Made by a program: the position numbers and the translations under genes. A DNA stretch of 60,038 nucleotides from an uncultured Candidatus Saccharibacteria bacterium (GTDB taxonomy: Bacteria > Patescibacteriota > Saccharimonadia > Saccharimonadales > CAIOMD01). The notes beneath the pieces were generated by a model, which was not told the origin of the DNA, ran no database searches, and saw only the letters and a list, made by a program, of their open reading frames with translations. Positions 20,252 to 28,711 of this stretch are shown here, in pieces (within the stretch, counting starts at the first letter, position 1; each line of letters opens with the position of its first letter). The stretch covers positions 1 through 60,038 of the forward strand of contig CAYRFD010000001.1 of the NCBI GenBank assembly GCA_964423475.1, in the 5' to 3' direction.

Positions 20252-22303
20252 ATGTACACTAATAGAAGTATGGATATACAATCACATTTAAACACTGTAA
20301 AGGGTGTAGGCCCGGTATTAGCTAGTAAGTTTAGCCAAATAGGTTTAACTACAGTTGGAGATTTGTTAAACTATACCCCCAGAGATTATAACAATTATCA
20401 AAATGCAGTAAATATTCAATCTATGCAGCCTGGTATGGTTACTGTAAAAGGTACTTTTGATAACGTTAAACAACGCCGTGTGCGCCGGGGCTTACATATT
20501 ACCGAGGCCGATTTTAGTGATGGTTTTAGCAAAGTAAGGGTTGTATGGTTTAATCAACCATACAGAGCTGCGTCAATAAAAAAACAGCAATATATTATAA
20601 AAGGTAATTATGGCCTTCAGGGACAGCGTTTGCAAATTGTTAATCCTTTAGTTACTGCACTAGAGCAAGATAAAGACCAGGCAAATAGCATAACCCCAGT
20701 TTATGTAGAAAGAGGTGGCTTAAAAAGTTTTCAAATATCTAAAGTAGTTAATGAAATATTTAATAATATAAATGATATACCAGAAACTTTACCTATAAAT
20801 GTTGTTAATAATTACAAATTATTAGATAGGTCAACAGCTTACAAATATTTGCATTTGCCTAGCTCTAATAAAGAAATAGAACAAGCAAAGCAACGTTTAG
20901 CCTTTGAGGAATTGTACATTGTAATGATGGCTGCTCAAAAAATGCGTCAATTAAATAAATCTGCACCGGCAAAGCCTATTGTATTTAACCAAACCGTTGC
21001 ACAAAATTTTGTAACTTCTTTACCTTTTGCACTAACACCAGATCAAAAACAAGTTGCTTGGCAAATACTAAAAGATATGCAAAAAACCGAACCCATGAAT
21101 AGATTAATAGAGGGCGATGTTGGTTCTGGTAAAACAGTGGTTGCTGCTTTAGCAACTGTAATGGCTTTAGATGCTGGTTTGCAGGTAGCAATAGTTGCCC
21201 CAACAGAGCTTTTGGCTCGCCAGCATTACCAAACTATTAAAAATTTATTAGATCATACAGGCCATTCTAAAAACATACGTATCTTAATAGGGTCATTAAA
21301 ACAAAAACATAAAAAAGACACACACCAAGAAATAAAAACAAACAACGCTACATGCATAATAGGAACGCACGCAATTTTGCAAAAAAATATTAAATGGAAC
21401 GATCTAGGCCTTGTAATAATTGATGAACAGCATCGCTTTGGGGTGCAGCAAAGGCAATCTTTACATGCTACTTTGCCAACAATGCCACATATTTTATGTA
21501 TGACGGCAACACCAATACCAAGAAGTTTGGCTTTAACTGTATACGGAGAATTATCTATAAGTATTATTGCAAAGCCACCAAATCAAAAAGCTAACATCTT
21601 AACCTCTATAACATCCCCAAACTCTACTGCCCAAATGTACAAAGAAATTAGAAATCAATTAAATATGGGGCACCAAGCCTATATTGTTTGCCCGCTAATA
21701 GAAGAAAGTTCAATGCTAAAAGCACCAAGCGCCCAAGAAACATATAAAACGCTTGGTCAAACAGAGCTAAAAAATTATAAGTTAGGGTTATTGCATGGCA
21801 AGTTAAAACCAGATCAAAAAGAAGAAATAATGCAACAATTTATTGATAAAAAAATTGACGTGTTGGTTAGCACTACAGTTATAGAAGTGGGAGTAGATGT
21901 GCCAAACGCAACAGAAATGGTTATTTTGGGCGCAGATAGATTTGGTTTAGCTCAGTTGCATCAACTTAGGGGGAGGGTTGGGCGTGGTACGCAAGAGGGC
22001 CATTGCTATTTATTAATGACAGACTCTCAAAAACCAACACCCCGAATGCAGGTAATGACAAACACATCAGATGGTTTTAAACTTGCAGAGTACGATTTAA
22101 AATTACGCGGGCCAGGGGCAATATACGGTACACGTCAGCATGGAGAAATAGATCTAAGATATGTACAACTTTCAGATCATAAACTTATTGCAGATGTACG
22201 TTTAGCCGTAGACAAGTCTAGCGATGTATTAGAGAATCTGATACAATACCCTTATCTTGCACAAAAAATTCAACGTGCGTTAAAGCTAACATATTTAAAT
22301 TAA
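20252..22303 (+). CDS. recG: ATP-dependent DNA helicase RecG
   Basis: It has a wedge domain plus SF2 helicase motifs (GDVGSGKT, IIDEQHRFG, MTATPIPR, QLRGRVGRG). The ORF-track TTG at 20192 is unlikely, so the start is placed at ATG 20252; ATG 20270 (MDIQSHLNTVKGVGP) is equally possible. Confidence 0.92.
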   Translation: MYTNRSMDIQSHLNTVKGVGPVLASKFSQIGLTTVGDLLNYTPRDYNNYQNAVNIQSMQPGMVTVKGTFDNVKQRRVRRGLHITEADFSDGFSKVRVVWFNQPYRAASIKKQQYIIKGNYGLQGQRLQIVNPLVTALEQDKDQANSITPVYVERGGLKSFQISKVVNEIFNNINDIPETLPINVVNNYKLLDRSTAYKYLHLPSSNKEIEQAKQRLAFEELYIVMMAAQKMRQLNKSAPAKPIVFNQTVAQNFVTSLPFALTPDQKQVAWQILKDMQKTEPMNRLIEGDVGSGKTVVAALATVMALDAGLQVAIVAPTELLARQHYQTIKNLLDHTGHSKNIRILIGSLKQKHKKDTHQEIKTNNATCIIGTHAILQKNIKWNDLGLVIIDEQHRFGVQQRQSLHATLPTMPHILCMTATPIPRSLALTVYGELSISIIAKPPNQKANILTSITSPNSTAQMYKEIRNQLNMGHQAYIVCPLIEESSMLKAPSAQETYKTLGQTELKNYKLGLLHGKLKPDQKEEIMQQFIDKKIDVLVSTTVIEVGVDVPNATEMVILGADRFGLAQLHQLRGRVGRGTQEGHCYLLMTDSQKPTPRMQVMTNTSDGFKLAEYDLKLRGPGAIYGTRQHGEIDLRYVQLSDHKLIADVRLAVDKSSDVLENLIQYPYLAQKIQRALKLTYLN

Positions 22304-23124
22304 TGTATTCTGGATCAACCCTAACAAATCGTTCTGGGAACCTAGTTGGTGCCCATCAAAAAATTGATCGTGCTGCACGTTATTCGTTGGCAGATATGTT
22401 AAAAAATGATCATAGCTTTCCGGCAAAACATCAAATATTACATTTTGAGGGTAAAAATGGCCCCGATAGTGCTAAGGCTAAGCTAGACGGCATACATGCC
22501 CCATGGCATTTTTATGATCCTTTTGACCCAGATGACGGTATTTTATTAGAGCAAATCAATAATCATTACAATACATTAGTAAAAGAACTTAAGAACAAAC
22601 ACACAGAAAGAAGCGCCTTTGAGGCAAGCTGGTTGGCTCATGCTATTGTAGATGGCCTAACCCCCGCTCATCATTATCCATTTGAACAAGAGCTAGAAAG
22701 ATTACGCGGAGAAGGCAAAGAAACTCGCACCACAGTGGCAAAAAAAGTAATTGTTCCTGCAGAAACAAAAATAGAACTTGTTCATAAAAATTGGGATGTT
22801 TGGGGGGCAAAAGGCTTACTAACAACTCATTTTTTGTTTGAAATGGGTGCAGCCATGCTAATTGCGCCAATGAGTAAACAATTTGCACGCCCAAGCAGAT
22901 ACGACATTAAAGCAATTTTACACCTAGGTTTAGATGAATACTTTAAACGTACTGCCAGAGAAATTGCAATGTTAGATATGTACGAAAACTTTTATAAAAA
23001 GGGATGGACACGTAAACTTTCTACGCAGGTTAGGCAAGAGCTTGCACCAAGAATGGGCAAAACTGTAACTCTTGCATGGTATTTAGCAGCAAAAGACGCC
23101 GGTTTATCCAGCCCAGAGGTTTAG
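22303..23124 (+). CDS. Hypothetical protein, possible zinc-dependent phospholipase C / S1-P1 nuclease-like fold
   Basis: 273 aa with no signal peptide or TM. The motif spacing resembles the Zn-PLC superfamily: GAHQKIDRAA ... NGPD ... HFYDP ... LAHAIVDGLTPAHH. The start overlaps the recG stop (TAATG). Confidence 0.55.
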   Translation: MYSGSTLTNRSGNLVGAHQKIDRAARYSLADMLKNDHSFPAKHQILHFEGKNGPDSAKAKLDGIHAPWHFYDPFDPDDGILLEQINNHYNTLVKELKNKHTERSAFEASWLAHAIVDGLTPAHHYPFEQELERLRGEGKETRTTVAKKVIVPAETKIELVHKNWDVWGAKGLLTTHFLFEMGAAMLIAPMSKQFARPSRYDIKAILHLGLDEYFKRTAREIAMLDMYENFYKKGWTRKLSTQVRQELAPRMGKTVTLAWYLAAKDAGLSSPEV

Positions 23125-23143
23125 TGTAGGGTATACTTAGTAT

Positions 23144-23713
23144 ATGCGTATAATTGCAGGCTTTTTAGGCGGTAGACTAATAGAAAGCCCCCATAATAAT
23201 AAAACACACCCCATGAGCGAAAAAATGCGCGGAGCTCTTTTTAATTCATTAGGAGACATAAACGCCCTAACATTTTTAGACGCTTTTGCCGGCACCGGTG
23301 CTTGTGGTTTTGAGGCTATCAGCAGAGGAGCAAAACAGACAACACTACTAGAGGTAAACCCAGATTCATTTAAAACTATTGTTAAAAACGCAGAGCAGTT
23401 AGATATTATAAATGCAGTAGAATTACAAAAGGTTAATTGTGCAAGATGGTCTAGTAACAATAAAAGTAAGCTATACGACGTTATTATTGCAGATCCACCC
23501 TATAACCTCCAAGATATAAATTTAGAACTAGTTTTTAAACTTTCTTTACATCTAAAAAAAGGTGGAATATTTGTAGTATCCGCGCCTCCAAGTCAACATA
23601 GTACTGTAAATTTAAGAGCTTCTAAGTATAAAAATTTGCATTTAATTAGCCACAAAACCTACGCTGATGGCGGCCTATATTATTATCGAAATAATATCAA
23701 ATTAAAGATATAA
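23144..23713 (+). CDS. rsmD: 16S rRNA (guanine966-N2)-methyltransferase RsmD
   Basis: 189 aa with MRIIAG...RPTSD-like N-terminus, the SAM motif LDAFAGTGACGFEAISRG and the DPPY motif (IIADPPY). Confidence 0.85.
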   Translation: MRIIAGFLGGRLIESPHNNKTHPMSEKMRGALFNSLGDINALTFLDAFAGTGACGFEAISRGAKQTTLLEVNPDSFKTIVKNAEQLDIINAVELQKVNCARWSSNNKSKLYDVIIADPPYNLQDINLELVFKLSLHLKKGGIFVVSAPPSQHSTVNLRASKYKNLHLISHKTYADGGLYYYRNNIKLKI

Positions 23714-23738
23714 ACGTAAATAATAAGTAATATTTTTG

Positions 23739-24254
23739 TTAAAGTTGGAGAGCTTTATCAGAAATTGATTCTTCAGAAAAATCGTTGTTATCGTTAAGTT
23801 CGCTCATTTGTTGGCCAATATATGAATTAATATCGTTAATTGATGCACTGCTTGCTGGGGCAGTCGCACTAGTATCCACTTGTTTATTAGCCTGTTCTTC
23901 TAAGCTAGCTTGTTTTTTACTTGCAGAACTACTTATAGCAACGACTGTAATTATGCTAAATATTAGTAAAATAGACATAATAATAATAGTTAGCCCACTT
24001 TTTGTTTTAATAAAAGCTTTTTTTGGCGGAGCAACTGGTGTTGCGGAAATAGGTGTTTGGTAAACGCTTGCTGGTGTTGGTACGCTAGGCGCAGCTGTAG
24101 GGTTGGTTTGTTTTTGCGGGCTAAATACTGTTTGGGGCTGCACAGGGGTTTGCAAGGGCGCTTGCATAGGCGATTTTGGTATAAACGGCCTAGTGGGCGT
24201 ATTTTGTGGGTTTTGCGGTGTTTCTGGTGGTTGGTATGGGTTATTTGGATTCAA
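23739..24254 (-). CDS. Pro/Gln-rich single-pass membrane protein (hypothetical)
   Basis: 171 aa. It uses a TTG start preceded by an AAGGAA SD 9 nt upstream. The first ~80 aa are low-complexity P/Q/T-rich, followed by a TM (LTIIIMSILLIFSIITVVAI). It lies directly downstream of the 24270-24872 gene and is probably co-transcribed. Confidence 0.6.
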   Translation of the reverse strand: MNPNNPYQPPETPQNPQNTPTRPFIPKSPMQAPLQTPVQPQTVFSPQKQTNPTAAPSVPTPASVYQTPISATPVAPPKKAFIKTKSGLTIIIMSILLIFSIITVVAISSSASKKQASLEEQANKQVDTSATAPASSASINDINSYIGQQMSELNDNNDFSEESISDKALQL

Positions 24255-24269
24255 CTTAATATTTCCTTG

Positions 24270-24872
24270 CTATTGTTGCAGCTCTTTAGAAAAAGTTTCT
24301 AGCTGAGGTTTTATTTTATCTGTCACTACTGCGTTAATACTCTTAGACTGAGTGCTGAGCATGTTATTGTAAGATCTTGCAGTTACTATCATAGCCATAA
24401 AACCAACAGGGTCTGCCTCGCAGTTCATTAAAGAAGCATCTTCTATTGCTTGTTTGTACTGTGCAATAGTTGCTTCAAATTGTGTAACTTGTTTGGCAAA
24501 ATCATCTCTGCCTTGTTGTAGTGCAAAAGTATCTTTAGTGGCAATCTTTAGTTTACCAATTGAAATAAGCGTAGCCCCATCAACGTTTCTGTATGTGTTA
24601 TATCGGTTATCAGATAATTTAGTAATGTCTTTTATTACAGTGCCAAGCCTAACTTGTGCAGCTTTGCATTGTTTTTGCACACGTTTAGTTTGGGTTTCAT
24701 CTAAAACAACTTGTTGTTCTTGTTTGCGCTGAGCTACGCGTTGCTCTAGCGTGCTCCCAGGAGCCGGTGGGCTTGGGTCTGCAGCCAAAACAATAGTAGG
24801 TGCAAACATTAGTAACACAAAAAACGCTAGTGCTAAATATCTATATTTACTGTTTATAAAATAATTAATCAT
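24270..24872 (-). CDS. Secreted hypothetical protein (signal peptide, helical)
   Basis: 200 aa with a signal peptide ending in VLA/AD. The mature part has heptad-like charged/Q-rich sequence. I do not recognise a family. Confidence 0.65.
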   Translation of the reverse strand: MINYFINSKYRYLALAFFVLLMFAPTIVLAADPSPPAPGSTLEQRVAQRKQEQQVVLDETQTKRVQKQCKAAQVRLGTVIKDITKLSDNRYNTYRNVDGATLISIGKLKIATKDTFALQQGRDDFAKQVTQFEATIAQYKQAIEDASLMNCEADPVGFMAMIVTARSYNNMLSTQSKSINAVVTDKIKPQLETFSKELQQ

Positions 24873-24980
24873 ATATATCTTTTATAATATAATTTTAGCA
24901 TAACATAAGCATAATAACTTTTAAATACAAAAGCTAGTTTTTAATAAATTTATAACATCAATTTTTATAACTACAAATTT

Positions 24981-25065
24981 TGGTGGGGGCGAAAGGACTT
25001 GAACCTTCACGCCTTGCGGCATATGCTCCTAAGGCATACGTGTATACCAATTTCACCACGCCCCC
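24981..25065 (-). tRNA. tRNA-Leu (anticodon UAG), class II with long variable arm, encoded CCA
   Basis: The reverse complement folds as acceptor GGGGGCG / CGCCCCC, a 3-bp D stem (GTG..CAC), anticodon stem TATGC/GCATA with loop CTTAGGA (anticodon TAG), a ~13-nt variable arm, T arm GAAGG-TTCAAGT-CCTTT, and a 3' ACCA. Confidence 0.9.
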
Positions 25066-25140
25066 GATTTTGTGTGGTAACACAACAAATATAGTATAAC
25101 AAAACAGTTAAAGATACTCAAAACAAACAAGCTACAAATA

Positions 25141-25149
25141 TGTTACTAT
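25141..25149 (+). promoter_or_regulatory. Extended -10 promoter (TGtTACTAT) 7 nt upstream of the tyrS ATG
   Basis: TGTTACTAT lies at 25141-25149, then 7 nt, then the ATG at 25157. There is no SD, which implies a leaderless transcript. Confidence 0.5.
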
Positions 25150-25156
25150 ATTGCAT

Positions 25157-26401
25157 ATGAAACTATCAGAAGATTTACAATGGCGAGGCCAAATAAAAGA
25201 TAAAACATTTAGTGATATAACTTGGCTAGATACGCCAAAAACTTTTTATTTGGGTGTTGATTGTTCGGCCCCAAGTATTACAATAGGCAACCTAGTACCT
25301 TTAATGTTAGCTAGGCGTCTGCTCGATTCCGGCTGGAAAACTGTGTTACTTGTAGGTGGAGCAACTAGTTTAATCGGAGATCCAGGCGGAAAAGACAATG
25401 AAAGAGATTTAAAAACTAGAAAAGAAATAGAGTTTAATGTGCAAGCCATTAAAAAACAAGTATCTAAACTTTTTGATGGCAAAGATTTTACCTTAGTAGA
25501 TAATTACGATTGGTTTAGCAAAATAAACTATTTAGATTTTTTGCGAGATGTTGGCAAGCACTATAGCATGACAGAGCTTTTGCAAAGAGATTATATTGCA
25601 TCCAGAATAGGCAAAGACGGCTCCGGTATTAGCTACGCAGAATTTAGCTATAGTTTAATACAAGGCTACGATTACTGGCATTTATATAAAAAATATAATG
25701 TTGTTTTGCAAATTGGGGGCTCAGATCAGTGGGGCAACATGCTTTCTGGCGTGCCCTTAATAAGAAAAAAAGAAAATGCAGATGTACAAGCCCTTAGTGC
25801 GCCACTAGTTTTAGATAAAACTACAGGTAAAAAGTTTGGTAAAAGCGAGGACGGCGCAATTTGGTTAGACGCTAAATTAACTAGCCCTTATAAGTTTTAT
25901 CAGTTTTGGCTAAACGTAGATGATGAGGGCGTGTTAGATTATCTAAAAATATACACTCTATTATCTAAAAAACAAATAGAAGATGTTATGGGCCAGTTTA
26001 ATATAGATAAATCTAGTCGTTATGCTCAAAAAACCCTGGCATACGAAGTTACTAAAATAGTACATGGCCAAAAAAAGGCAGACAGCTTACAGCGAATAAG
26101 CCAAGCCTTGTTTGTTACAAAAGATTATTTAAACCTAACAAAAGAAGATTTTATTGAACTTGGCGCGGAGCTTGGTTTATATAATGTAAGCAAAGATTCA
26201 GATTTAGCCCAAACTTTAGTAGATACTAAATTAGCAAGTAGCAAAGCAGAAGCGCGCAGATTTATTAAAGACAACGCCGTATATTGCAATGGCAAACAGT
26301 TAAATCAAGATGTAACGCAATTACCCCCAGAGTATTTTTATAATGATTATTTAGTTTTAAGACGTGGTAAAAATAATCAAGTTGTAGTATCTATTATATA
26401 G
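25157..26401 (+). CDS. tyrS: Tyrosyl-tRNA synthetase (non-canonical HIGH motif TIGN)
   Basis: It is collinear with bacterial TyrS: GGATSLIGDPGGK, QIGGSDQWGN, KFGKS (KMSKS loop) and a C-terminal S4-like domain. The start is set at ATG 25157 rather than TTG 25151. Confidence 0.95.
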   Translation: MKLSEDLQWRGQIKDKTFSDITWLDTPKTFYLGVDCSAPSITIGNLVPLMLARRLLDSGWKTVLLVGGATSLIGDPGGKDNERDLKTRKEIEFNVQAIKKQVSKLFDGKDFTLVDNYDWFSKINYLDFLRDVGKHYSMTELLQRDYIASRIGKDGSGISYAEFSYSLIQGYDYWHLYKKYNVVLQIGGSDQWGNMLSGVPLIRKKENADVQALSAPLVLDKTTGKKFGKSEDGAIWLDAKLTSPYKFYQFWLNVDDEGVLDYLKIYTLLSKKQIEDVMGQFNIDKSSRYAQKTLAYEVTKIVHGQKKADSLQRISQALFVTKDYLNLTKEDFIELGAELGLYNVSKDSDLAQTLVDTKLASSKAEARRFIKDNAVYCNGKQLNQDVTQLPPEYFYNDYLVLRRGKNNQVVVSII

Positions 26402-26449
26402 TTTTTTAGTTTACTAAATGTAAGGTTATTTTTTGGTTAGTTTTAAATT

Positions 26450-27283
26450 TTAAGAAGATTTTTTTGGTTTAGAAACTTTTTTAGTAGTTTGTGCAGGGCT
26501 TTTAGTAATAGTGCCACCTACTTGTTTGCTAGAAGCTGAATCAACAGCTATATGGTTAACATAAATATAGGCTGGTAAACAGACATAGGCTACCATTAGT
26601 ATTAATGATGCTATCCAACCAATAAATGGTACAATATTTGCTGCTTGTATACCAAAATTTACTACCACTATTGCAAGCACCCATTGCCAATTTTGTTTAG
26701 AAACTTCGTAGCTAGATTTTAAGGTATCTGTTATTGAAAGATCTTTAGTCATTAGTATGTAAGGTGCTAAAAGAGTAAAAAACCAAACTGCAATAGCCCA
26801 CACAATTGCTAAGGGTAAAAGTATAAACCCAATTAGTACTATCATTAATAGCATCGATACAATAAAGGGCAAAACCACAGCTAACCCAATAAGTAAGCCA
26901 ATAACAACGTATCTTACAATATAGTGTTTGCTTAGTTCAAAAGCTTCTGAAATGCTAATTTTTTGTTTTCTAACACTAGCTAGTTGGGTGGCTACTAGGG
27001 CGGGTGTTACCAATAACCATATAACTGTTAAAACTATACTTAAAACAAAAGTAAAAATAGATGCAAAAACACTAATTGTTCCGTTGTTGTCATTTACAGA
27101 TGCCATAAATGGTAATAAAAACACAGGAATGGCAACAATTGTTGCAAGTATAGGAACGGCAATTATCCCCAAAAAAGTTAAAATATTAAATTTTAATGCT
27201 TCCCATGATTCGTCTATCTTAGAAAAGGCATAGCCCATCTTTTCAAAGACATCCATTTGATTTGCTGATTTTGTTTGCGACAT
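26450..27283 (-). CDS. Polytopic membrane protein (about 6 TM), hypothetical
   Basis: 277 aa with repeated hydrophobic helices and a basic C-terminal tail (KKVSKPKKSS). An AAGGAG SD lies upstream. A candidate promoter has -35 TTGACG, a 17-nt spacer and -10 TTTAAT on the minus strand at about 27300-27330. Confidence 0.7.
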   Translation of the reverse strand: MSQTKSANQMDVFEKMGYAFSKIDESWEALKFNILTFLGIIAVPILATIVAIPVFLLPFMASVNDNNGTISVFASIFTFVLSIVLTVIWLLVTPALVATQLASVRKQKISISEAFELSKHYIVRYVVIGLLIGLAVVLPFIVSMLLMIVLIGFILLPLAIVWAIAVWFFTLLAPYILMTKDLSITDTLKSSYEVSKQNWQWVLAIVVVNFGIQAANIVPFIGWIASLILMVAYVCLPAYIYVNHIAVDSASSKQVGGTITKSPAQTTKKVSKPKKSS

Positions 27284-27338
27284 AATTTACTCCTTATTTA
27301 CTTCTATTAAACTCTTTTGCACCGCTGGCGTCAATATC

Positions 27339-27347
27339 TGGTATAAT
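27339..27347 (+). promoter_or_regulatory. Extended -10 promoter (TGgTATAAT) 10 nt upstream of the hisS ATG
   Basis: TGGTATAAT lies at 27339-27347 and the ATG at 27358. There is no SD in between. Confidence 0.5.
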
Positions 27348-27357
27348 AATTGGTATT

Positions 27358-28680
27358 ATGGCATTAGATACAACACCCTATAAAGGCGTAAGAGATTTTT
27401 ACCCCCAAGATTATATAGTAAGACAATATATTTTTGATACCTGGAGAAACACTGTAGAAAAATTTGGTTACGAACCTTATGATGCCTCTGTAATTGAGGG
27501 CATAGATATATATTTAGCAAAAACTAGTGAAGAGATTGTTTCTGAACAAACATATTCTTTTACAGACAGAGGTGGCCGCCAAGTAGTATTGCGCCCAGAG
27601 ATGACCCCAACTGTAAGCCGAATGGTAGCTCAACGTAGGCAAGAGCTTGCTTACCCTCTTAGGTGGTACAGTATCCCTAATTGTTGGCGTTACGAAAGGC
27701 CACAAAAAGGCCGATTGCGAGAGCATTGGCAACTAAATGTTGATGTTTTTGGGATACAAAACGTAACCGCAGATATAGAAATAATTACCGTAGCAAACGA
27801 AATCATGAAAGCTTTTAAAGCTACACCAGAAATGTATACCATTAGGGTTAATTCTAGACAGGTAGTTGCCTATATTTTAAGTGATTATTTGGGGCTTGAG
27901 GCAGCCGAAGCTACAACTATTATTAGATTAATAGATAGAATGAACAAAATGGAATATGGCGAATTTGCAGGTTTAATTAGTGCGGCAATTAGCCCAAGCT
28001 TAAGAGAAGAAAAAGCAGTAGATGAACAACTTCTAACTATCTTAAAAGCTAGGACTATTAAAGAGTTACCTACAGAAGTCCAAAGACAACCTTTTACAAT
28101 AGAATTACAAGAGCTACTAGAAAATCTAAAATTCCAAGGGATACAAAATGCAGTTTTTGATCCAACTCTTATGCGTGGTTTTATGTACTATACAGATGTA
28201 GTTTTTGAGGTTTTTGATACCAGCCCAGAAAATAATCGAGCATTGTTTGGTGGTGGCCGCTATGACGGGCTTGTTGGCCAATTTGGTGTTGAGCCAGTGC
28301 CAACAGTTGGTTTTGGCATGGGCGATGTAACTATTAAAGACTTTTTAGAAACCCATAAATTATTACCAAAGTTGGCTCATACAGTACATGCAACTATGGT
28401 TTTTGTTGGTGACATGAACCAAAAAGCGCAACCACTGCTTGCTAAACTTAGACAAGAGGGTGCTCATATTAGCGTAGATAGCACAGATAGAAAGTTAGAT
28501 AAAAAGCTTAAAAGTGTTGCTAAATCTGGTGTTAGATATGCAATTATTTTTGGAGAAGGCGAAAGTAATGAAAGCAACATTACTATAAAAGATTTATCTA
28601 ATGGCAAGCAAGAACAGCATTCGTTTGAAAGAGTTGTAACAACAATAATGGCAAATAGCAAAAATAATTTGTTAGATTAA
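27358..28680 (+). CDS. hisS: Histidyl-tRNA synthetase
   Basis: 440 aa with class II motifs (RPEMTPTVSRM, RYERPQKGRLREHWQ, GGGRYDGL) and a C-terminal anticodon-binding domain. Confidence 0.95.
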   Translation: MALDTTPYKGVRDFYPQDYIVRQYIFDTWRNTVEKFGYEPYDASVIEGIDIYLAKTSEEIVSEQTYSFTDRGGRQVVLRPEMTPTVSRMVAQRRQELAYPLRWYSIPNCWRYERPQKGRLREHWQLNVDVFGIQNVTADIEIITVANEIMKAFKATPEMYTIRVNSRQVVAYILSDYLGLEAAEATTIIRLIDRMNKMEYGEFAGLISAAISPSLREEKAVDEQLLTILKARTIKELPTEVQRQPFTIELQELLENLKFQGIQNAVFDPTLMRGFMYYTDVVFEVFDTSPENNRALFGGGRYDGLVGQFGVEPVPTVGFGMGDVTIKDFLETHKLLPKLAHTVHATMVFVGDMNQKAQPLLAKLRQEGAHISVDSTDRKLDKKLKSVAKSGVRYAIIFGEGESNESNITIKDLSNGKQEQHSFERVVTTIMANSKNNLLD

Positions 28681-28692
28681 TGTGTAAATTTG

Positions 28693-28701
28693 TGATATAG
28701 T
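28693..28701 (+). promoter_or_regulatory. Extended -10 promoter (TGaTATAGT) 10 nt upstream of the tig ATG
   Basis: TGATATAGT lies at 28693-28701 and the ATG at 28712, with no SD. Confidence 0.4.
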
Positions 28702-28711
28702 TGCTAGCTAT

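Noticed and set aside
24057-24306. Two overlapping plus-strand ORFs (81 and 67 aa) rich in Gly, Cys and Trp.
   Set aside because: They are antisense to the Pro/Gln-rich low-complexity region of the 23739-24254 gene. That gene has an SD-supported TTG start and a TM segment, so these ORFs are compositional mirror artefacts.
25066-25156. A T-box riboswitch upstream of tyrS, and similarly upstream of hisS at 27284-27357.
   Set aside because: The available leader is under 100 nt and is occupied by divergent promoters. The -10 box sits 7-10 nt from the ATG, and there is no specifier-loop or T-box sequence or terminator/antiterminator.
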